Shown here piece by piece: positions 58,757 through 64,000 of a stretch of DNA of 64,000 nucleotides. Position 1 is the first letter of the stretch. Each line of letters starts with the position of its first letter. The stretch covers positions 1,472,001-1,536,000 of the forward strand of contig CBDIID010000003.1 in assembly GCA_965279515.1 (NCBI GenBank), given 5' to 3'. The stretch comes from Turneriella sp. GTDB lineage: Bacteria; Spirochaetota; Leptospiria; Turneriellales; Turneriellaceae. Both the position numbers and the translations under genes were made by a program. The notes under the pieces were generated by a model, which worked only from the letters and a program-made list of their open reading frames with translations, ran no database searches and was not told where the DNA came from.

Positions 58757-60288
58757 CACTGAACGGCGCCGACACCGTTCTGCTCATCCATACCGCGCCC
58801 GACTACGGCTCTGCGCTTTCCGGTGCAGATGGCGAAGTGCTGCTCAAGGCATTTTGCGGTAAGCTTGCATCGCTGGGCCTGCCGATTCAATCTTGCGTGG
58901 GCGACCAGGCGCTGCGTGAAAAACTCACGGCACAGCTTTCCGCGGCAAAGGTACTCGAAGCACTGAGCGAAATTTCGGCCATTAAAAAGATCTTCGGCGA
59001 TGCGAAGATCGCACATATCGCCGTGATCAACGGCGTTTATCCGCTCTGCGATCTTGCCCTGACGGAAAAAATCTTCGGCATACACAGAGAATACCGCGCG
59101 GATATCAGCTATGGCGAAAACCTGCCGCCGGGCATCGCCCCGTATTTTGTCAGCCGCGACCTGCTCGAATCGCTCGAAATCATGGAGGCAAAAGATGCCG
59201 ACCTCGAAGGCGCCGGCGTGCGCGGCTTTGTCGAAAAGAACATCAACCAGTTCCACGCCGAGGTGCATTATGAAGAACCCGACCTGCGGCTGATGCGGTT
59301 GGATTTCTCCCTGTCATCCCGGCGCTCGCTCGTGAAGACAGCCGGATTCTTTGCCAAAATCAAAAATATCCATCAACCCTATGCAGAATTGCAGGCGCTG
59401 ATCCAGGCCGCACCGGAAGTTTTACATACGTTCCCTTCTTATATTGAACTCGAGTTTGTATCAACCGCGGAACACACAAGTTATTTCTCGCCGCTGGGCT
59501 ATATCAAACAAGAAAAACACCTGCTCTCACGCGAAAACTTTGATCGTGTAAAAACCTATATTGCGACTGGCCTCGGCGACACCTCGGTCTGCGCTTCGGG
59601 GTTAGGTGAACCGCTAGAGCACGAAGATGCAGCGTCATACCTAAGCGAACTTTTAGACGATGCCAATATCCGTTATGTGTTCGTCGAAACGAATGGTATT
59701 CATCTCGATAAGATCCTGTCCCTGGCAACGCATGCCTCTGCAGGCAAGTTGCGCGTCGTTGTACTTTTAAACTCGCTCGAAAAATATGCAGAATACTCAG
59801 GCGCACCGGCGGCGATGCTCGATAAAGTGAAGGCTAATATGCGCGCCTTGACAGCGGCACTGGCGGCGCAGGGAAAAAATCCGCAGGAAATCGTCTACCT
59901 GCAGACGCTGAAAGTCGAAGAGAACGAGGCTGAAATCGACAGCCTGTACGCGCTGGCTGAAGAGCTGGGCGCAAGCTTCCTGTTCCAGAAATATAACCGC
60001 TATGCAGGCCTCATGCCCGAACGGCGCGTATCGGATATGACACCGCTCGAACGTTATGCCTGCTGGCATTTGCGGCGTGATCTCTTTATCAGGGCGAACG
60101 GTGATGTCGCCTTCTGCAAGCAAACTGTCGATCAGTCAAAAAATGCGGCGCGCGGTAACCTGGCAAAGACTGCACTTTCGGAAATCTGGGCGCAGCAGCG
60201 CGCCGACTTCGTGGCAAACTTCCAGGAAAAATATCCATCCCACCTGCCATGCGCAAGCTGCGACGAATATTTTACGTTTAATTTTTGA
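58753..60288 (+). CDS. Spiro-SPASM protein (degenerate radical-SAM fold plus SPASM/Twitch)
   Basis: GLGEP, ETNG, CWHLRRDL..GDVAFC, GNL, CASCDEY; no CxxxCxxC. Confidence 0.85.
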   Translation: MTLNGADTVLLIHTAPDYGSALSGADGEVLLKAFCGKLASLGLPIQSCVGDQALREKLTAQLSAAKVLEALSEISAIKKIFGDAKIAHIAVINGVYPLCDLALTEKIFGIHREYRADISYGENLPPGIAPYFVSRDLLESLEIMEAKDADLEGAGVRGFVEKNINQFHAEVHYEEPDLRLMRLDFSLSSRRSLVKTAGFFAKIKNIHQPYAELQALIQAAPEVLHTFPSYIELEFVSTAEHTSYFSPLGYIKQEKHLLSRENFDRVKTYIATGLGDTSVCASGLGEPLEHEDAASYLSELLDDANIRYVFVETNGIHLDKILSLATHASAGKLRVVVLLNSLEKYAEYSGAPAAMLDKVKANMRALTAALAAQGKNPQEIVYLQTLKVEENEAEIDSLYALAEELGASFLFQKYNRYAGLMPERRVSDMTPLERYACWHLRRDLFIRANGDVAFCKQTVDQSKNAARGNLAKTALSEIWAQQRADFVANFQEKYPSHLPCASCDEYFTFNF

Positions 60289-60955
60289 GATCACGCGCTA
60301 ACGCGACCAGGTCTGCACTTTCGAGCAGTTTTTTCGCAGCGCCCTGCCGCGCAACCTGTACCATTACCTTACCTAACGCACGGGTCGTGATGACACTTTT
60401 CGGAGCGAATAACCTGATGAGGGGCATGAAAGGTTTAAATGCAATATAGAGCCAGCGGTAGAGCCGCGTGCGCGATTTGATGCCGTCTTTCGGCTGAATG
60501 AATGCCGGGCGAATCACATAGGCATTCCTGAATTTCATTTTGAAAATTTCGTTCTCCGTTTTGCCTTTGATGCGCGCCCACATCACCCTGCCCTTTTCGC
60601 TGCTATCTGCGCCCATACCCGAAATAAATACGAAGGTGATTTTAGGATTTACCTTGAGCAGCGTCTTCGCCGCCGCGAGCGTGAAGTCGCAGGTCACACG
60701 TTTATATTCAGCTTCCGTTAATCCCGCCGATGCGACGCCGAGACAATAAAAGCAGACATCCAAACCTTTGAGATCTTTTGCAATCGGTGTAAAGTTGAGA
60801 AAATCGGAATGTACAACATTACGGAATTTCGGATTCACTAAGTGCAACGGGCTGCGGCCGACGGCGACGACGGATTCGACGTCCCCATCCATAATACATT
60901 CGCGCAGCACGCTTTGCCCGACCATGCCGGTGGCGCCAAATACAACCGCTTTCAT
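60278..60955 (-). CDS. NAD(P)-binding atypical SDR/epimerase family protein
   Basis: FGATGMVGQ, CFYCLG, WARIKGKTEN. Confidence 0.88.
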   Translation of the reverse strand: MKAVVFGATGMVGQSVLRECIMDGDVESVVAVGRSPLHLVNPKFRNVVHSDFLNFTPIAKDLKGLDVCFYCLGVASAGLTEAEYKRVTCDFTLAAAKTLLKVNPKITFVFISGMGADSSEKGRVMWARIKGKTENEIFKMKFRNAYVIRPAFIQPKDGIKSRTRLYRWLYIAFKPFMPLIRLFAPKSVITTRALGKVMVQVARQGAAKKLLESADLVALARDLKN

Positions 60956-62109
60956 GGCCCTACCTGCCCCGAAACAATGGGGTGCTGTTCTGCGGTCTGC
61001 CATTCGACCTGCGGCCACCAACGGGTCAGCTTAGTAAGACCTGGTTCGAAACTTTCACCGGGCCGCGGTGTCGCAATACTGACACCCAGTTTTTCGGCTT
61101 CTTTCGTTGCACGTTCGACGGGTTCTGTCCAGCCATGCATGGCGAGAACAAAGAGTCCCCAGTGGATCGGCAACAATGTACGCCCCTTAACCCAGGTATG
61201 CGCCTTCACGGCCTGCTCGGGGCCAATATGCCAGTCGGGCCACGTGCGGTGGTATTGCCCCACCTCGATCATCGTCAGGTCGAAGGGACCAAGCTTCGCG
61301 CCAATCTCTTTCATCGCCGGGAATAATCCCGTATCGCCTGAAAAGTAGACGCGCTTTTTTTCGCCGATGAGTGCATAACCGGCCCAGAGTTTTTTATTGT
61401 TATCGATGAGGTAGCGGCCCGAGGCGTGGCGTGCCGGCGTCATGACGATGCGCAGATTTTTACCGGCCTGCGTAAGAATTTTTTCCTGCCACCAGTCGAG
61501 TTCGACGATACGACTTTCGGGAATGCCCCAATACGCCAGGTGAGCACCAACGCCGATGGGCACGATAAAAACGGGCTTTCTTTTTTCGTCGAGCGCAACG
61601 ACGGATTTCATATCGAGATGGTCGTAGTGGTCGTGCGAGATCACAACAACATCAATCGCCGGCAAGTTATCCAGGGCCAGCGGTGGCGGATACCAGCGCT
61701 TCGGCCCCATAAAACTGAAAGGGGAAGTACGCTCGCCGAACGCGGGATCGGTCAGCACACGAAAACCTTCGATTTCGACCATCGTTGCGGAATGCCCGAA
61801 CCATGTGACGCGCAGGCCGGAAGCGGGGACAATCTGAAAGCTTGCGGGGTCAGGCCTCACGACGGCAATGTCGCCCTTCGGTGCGGCAAATTTACTCGCG
61901 CTGAACATGGCTGCGATTGCGCCGAGCATATCATTCTTCAGCGGCTCAGGATTTTCAAAATGACCGTTCTGCCATTCGGGAGATTTTTGCATTTTTTCAC
62001 GGCGGGCAGTGTCGCCCTGCGAACCGAAGGATTTCCAACCGAGGATAACCATGCCGGCAAAAATAACAAGCAGGGAGGCGCCGAAGTATTTAAAGATGCG
62101 TTTAACCAA
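60952..62109 (-). CDS. MBL-fold hydrolase (RomA/NAPE-PLD-like)
   Basis: WFGHS, LTDP, SHDHYDHLD, FSGDTG, PIHWG. Confidence 0.9.
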   Translation of the reverse strand: MVKRIFKYFGASLLVIFAGMVILGWKSFGSQGDTARREKMQKSPEWQNGHFENPEPLKNDMLGAIAAMFSASKFAAPKGDIAVVRPDPASFQIVPASGLRVTWFGHSATMVEIEGFRVLTDPAFGERTSPFSFMGPKRWYPPPLALDNLPAIDVVVISHDHYDHLDMKSVVALDEKRKPVFIVPIGVGAHLAYWGIPESRIVELDWWQEKILTQAGKNLRIVMTPARHASGRYLIDNNKKLWAGYALIGEKKRVYFSGDTGLFPAMKEIGAKLGPFDLTMIEVGQYHRTWPDWHIGPEQAVKAHTWVKGRTLLPIHWGLFVLAMHGWTEPVERATKEAEKLGVSIATPRPGESFEPGLTKLTRWWPQVEWQTAEQHPIVSGQVGP

Positions 62110-62560
62110 ACTTTTTCATCTCCCTTTCCGTTTCGCGGCGGATATCTTTCTCGCGTATCGTCGTACGTTTATCATGCGACTTCTTGCCCTTACCGAGACC
62201 AATCAGTAATTTCACAAAGCGGCCTTTAAAGTACATCTTGAGCGGCAGCAACGCATAACCACGCTCGTGCATTTTACCGCGCAGACGATCGATTTCTTTG
62301 TGCTTGAGCAAGAGGTTGCGCGGCCGCAGTGGGTCGTGATTCATGATATTGCCCTTTTCATAGGGCTCGATGCGGCAGTTGATGAGCTGTACGGAATTAT
62401 CGCGGATCAGCACATAACCGTCAGAGATATTCACCTTCTTCTGGCGCAGCGACTTAACCTCGGTACCTGTGAGCGCAATGCCGGCCTCAAAATCTTCGAC
62501 GATTTCGTAGTTAAAACGAGCCTTACGGTTGACCGCGATCTCCACATGAGGCTCATGCAT
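62102..62560 (-). CDS. smpB: SsrA-binding protein
   Basis: NRKARFNY, AGIALTGTEVKSLR, GKGKKSHDKR. Confidence 0.97.
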   Translation of the reverse strand: MHEPHVEIAVNRKARFNYEIVEDFEAGIALTGTEVKSLRQKKVNISDGYVLIRDNSVQLINCRIEPYEKGNIMNHDPLRPRNLLLKHKEIDRLRGKMHERGYALLPLKMYFKGRFVKLLIGLGKGKKSHDKRTTIREKDIRRETEREMKKFG

Positions 62561-62909
62561 GATTTCGAGACAGTGCGCAAAGTGATTCGGCGCGATGCGA
62601 CGATTCGCTGCGAAAGCCGGATGCTTTCGCATTTCGCGGAGCGAAACCCGGCGCGAATAGCTTGCCGTAGCCCGGATTGCGAAGGCAAGCGTAAGTTCGC
62701 GCGGCCAATGCATATGGGATTGATATTGTGCTGGACGCCCTGTTGGCACCGCGCCAAATCCGGCCGAAGCTTGAATTGGGAATGAATACGATCATTAGTT
62801 GTCTTTAAGCAAAGTTTAACTACTTTCCACTCATTTTAGATCAGGTTCAAATTAATGCCGGGCGGTTTGCCTTCGGGAATAGCGCGCCGGTAAGTTTAGA
62901 GAGGAAAAT

Positions 62910-63269
62910 ATGAATATCTTTGTAGGAAATTTAGCGTACGCAGTGACGGAACAGGATCTGCTGACAGCTTTCGGGGAATTTGGCACAGTCACTTCCGCGA
63001 AAATCATTATGGACCGCGAAACCGGTCGCGCACGCGGCTTCGGCTTTGTGGAAATGGCTGAGAAGTCAGAAGGCATCAAGGCAATCGCAGGCCTCAACGG
63101 CAAAGCGATCAAAGAACGCGAAATCGTAGTCAACGAATCGCGCCCGCGTGAAGAACGTGGCGGCGGCGGCGGTGGCGGCGGCCGCGGTGGTTATGGCGGC
63201 GGCGGTGGTAACCGCGGCGGCGGCGGCGGTGGCCGTGGTGGCAATCGCGGCGGCAACGACCGCTGGTAA
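62910..63269 (+). CDS. RRM RNA-binding protein with Gly/Arg-rich tail
   Basis: IFVGNL, RGFGFVEM, RGG repeats. Confidence 0.95.
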   Translation: MNIFVGNLAYAVTEQDLLTAFGEFGTVTSAKIIMDRETGRARGFGFVEMAEKSEGIKAIAGLNGKAIKEREIVVNESRPREERGGGGGGGGRGGYGGGGGNRGGGGGGRGGNRGGNDRW

Positions 63270-63282
63270 GCTAACCTTGTAT

Positions 63283-63328
63283 ACCCGGCCCGGTTACATA
63301 CCGCGGCCGGGTTTATTTTTTTATTTTT
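63283..63328 (+). terminator. Intrinsic terminator
   Basis: ACCCGGCC..GGCCGGGT followed by a T-rich run. Confidence 0.8.
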
Positions 63329-63359
63329 CCGTGTAATTTAATCTCCGCAAGCGCCTCAT

Positions 63360-63704
63360 GTGCTTCCCCGCGGAAAAACAATCCTTCGCATCAAAATTCT
63401 GGCAATAGCAATAACGCTGGCCGTTCTGGGCATAGCCTGCACCTCCCGCAAAAAACACGACAGCCAGGCTGAATACGTCTGCAAAGACGGGCAGAAAATC
63501 AAAGCGTTCTTTCACGCCAACGGCAAAGACCAGGTTTTGCTGAAGCTCGGCGACGGCCGATCGCTGACCCTGCCCCACGCCACGCATGCTTCGGGTTTGC
63601 GTTACGCGACACGCGACGAGAAGATCATCTTATGGATGCAGAGGGACGCGCTGTTTTTCGAAGAAGACGGCGAAGTTCTCTTCGCCGATTGTGTTCCCGC
63701 TTAA
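63360..63704 (+). CDS. MliC family lysozyme-inhibitor lipoprotein
   Basis: LGIAC lipobox, YVC, ASGLRY. Confidence 0.75.
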   Translation: MLPRGKTILRIKILAIAITLAVLGIACTSRKKHDSQAEYVCKDGQKIKAFFHANGKDQVLLKLGDGRSLTLPHATHASGLRYATRDEKIILWMQRDALFFEEDGEVLFADCVPA

Positions 63705-63937
63705 TTTTTCCCTGAAGCCCTGCGGCGCATAATACTCGCCTCAGCCTTCCTGATTTTTTTCAGATAAGCTCCGACGGCGGCACGCACCAGCACCGCGGCC
63801 TTCATGTTCCTGTCTTTGGTCAATCTGTCAATTTCGCGCCACCACGCTTGGGGCAAACCCACGGAACGGCGTTCGAGCACTCCCTCGGGATCGATGCGTG
63901 GCTGGCCGGGCCCGCGGGCTATGATTCTTTTTCGCAT
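63701..63937 (-). CDS. Ribbon-helix-helix (CopG-like) protein
   Basis: RRSVGLPQAWWREID..AVLVRAAVGAYL. Confidence 0.65.
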   Translation of the reverse strand: MRKRIIARGPGQPRIDPEGVLERRSVGLPQAWWREIDRLTKDRNMKAAVLVRAAVGAYLKKIRKAEASIMRRRASGKN

Positions 63938-63963
63938 AATATAATAACCGGTTATTATATTAT
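63936..63963. promoter_or_regulatory. Perfect 28-bp AT-rich palindrome at the RHH gene start
   Basis: ATAATATAATAACCGGTTATTATATTAT. Confidence 0.8.
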
Positions 63964-64000
63964 CAGGTCAAGAAATATTAGGATTGACCCTGCGAAGTGC

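Noticed and set aside
57806..60288. RiPP cluster around the SPASM protein
   Set aside because: No CxxxCxxC motif and no precursor peptide or exporter adjacent.
62561..62749. N-terminal extension of SmpB
   Set aside because: It translates the hairpin element; SmpB similarity starts at 62560.
62561..62909. tmRNA (ssrA) beside smpB
   Set aside because: No tRNA-Ala-like ends, T arm or tag reading frame found on either strand.
63158..63255. GGC tandem repeats as a contingency locus
   Set aside because: This is the ordinary Gly-rich tail of an RRM protein.

Overview
A 64-kb chromosomal window from a GC-rich spirochaete, most likely Leptospiraceae and Turneriella-like. This is inferred from the spiro-SPASM gene next to a SurA-like PPIase and an Lsa36-like surface protein. 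Housekeeping genes (gatC, fbaB, ptb-ackA, pyrE, ahpC, lysA, folE, cysS, rlmB, folE2, smpB, tRNA-Arg, tRNA-Pro) are mixed with small regulator modules (TetR, MarR, ECF41, two-component), several with perfect palindromic operators. A defence-rich stretch at about 10.5-19.9 kb holds vsr, an EcoRII-like endonuclease and a Dcm-like methyltransferase, a decapitated ParE-type toxin, two vapBC pairs, hicBA and a nucleotidyltransferase with a 59-aa partner. The most unusual signals are: (1) a second tRNA-Arg copy expanded by hairpin inserts with GGA-type loops that keeps its acceptor, anticodon and T stems; (2) a divergent folE - metallophosphoesterase - nucleotidyltransferase - UDG-family operon; (3) ackA that can only start at a CTG overlapping the ptb stop; (4) a hybrid kinase split by tandem in-frame TAA-TAG; (5) a 33-bp duplication of a gene start; (6) several apparently leaderless promoters; (7) three dispersed REP-like families, one sitting in frame in a lipoprotein gene. 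I saw no CRISPR array, rRNA, integrase or transposase. All family calls are by motif recognition; no database search was run.
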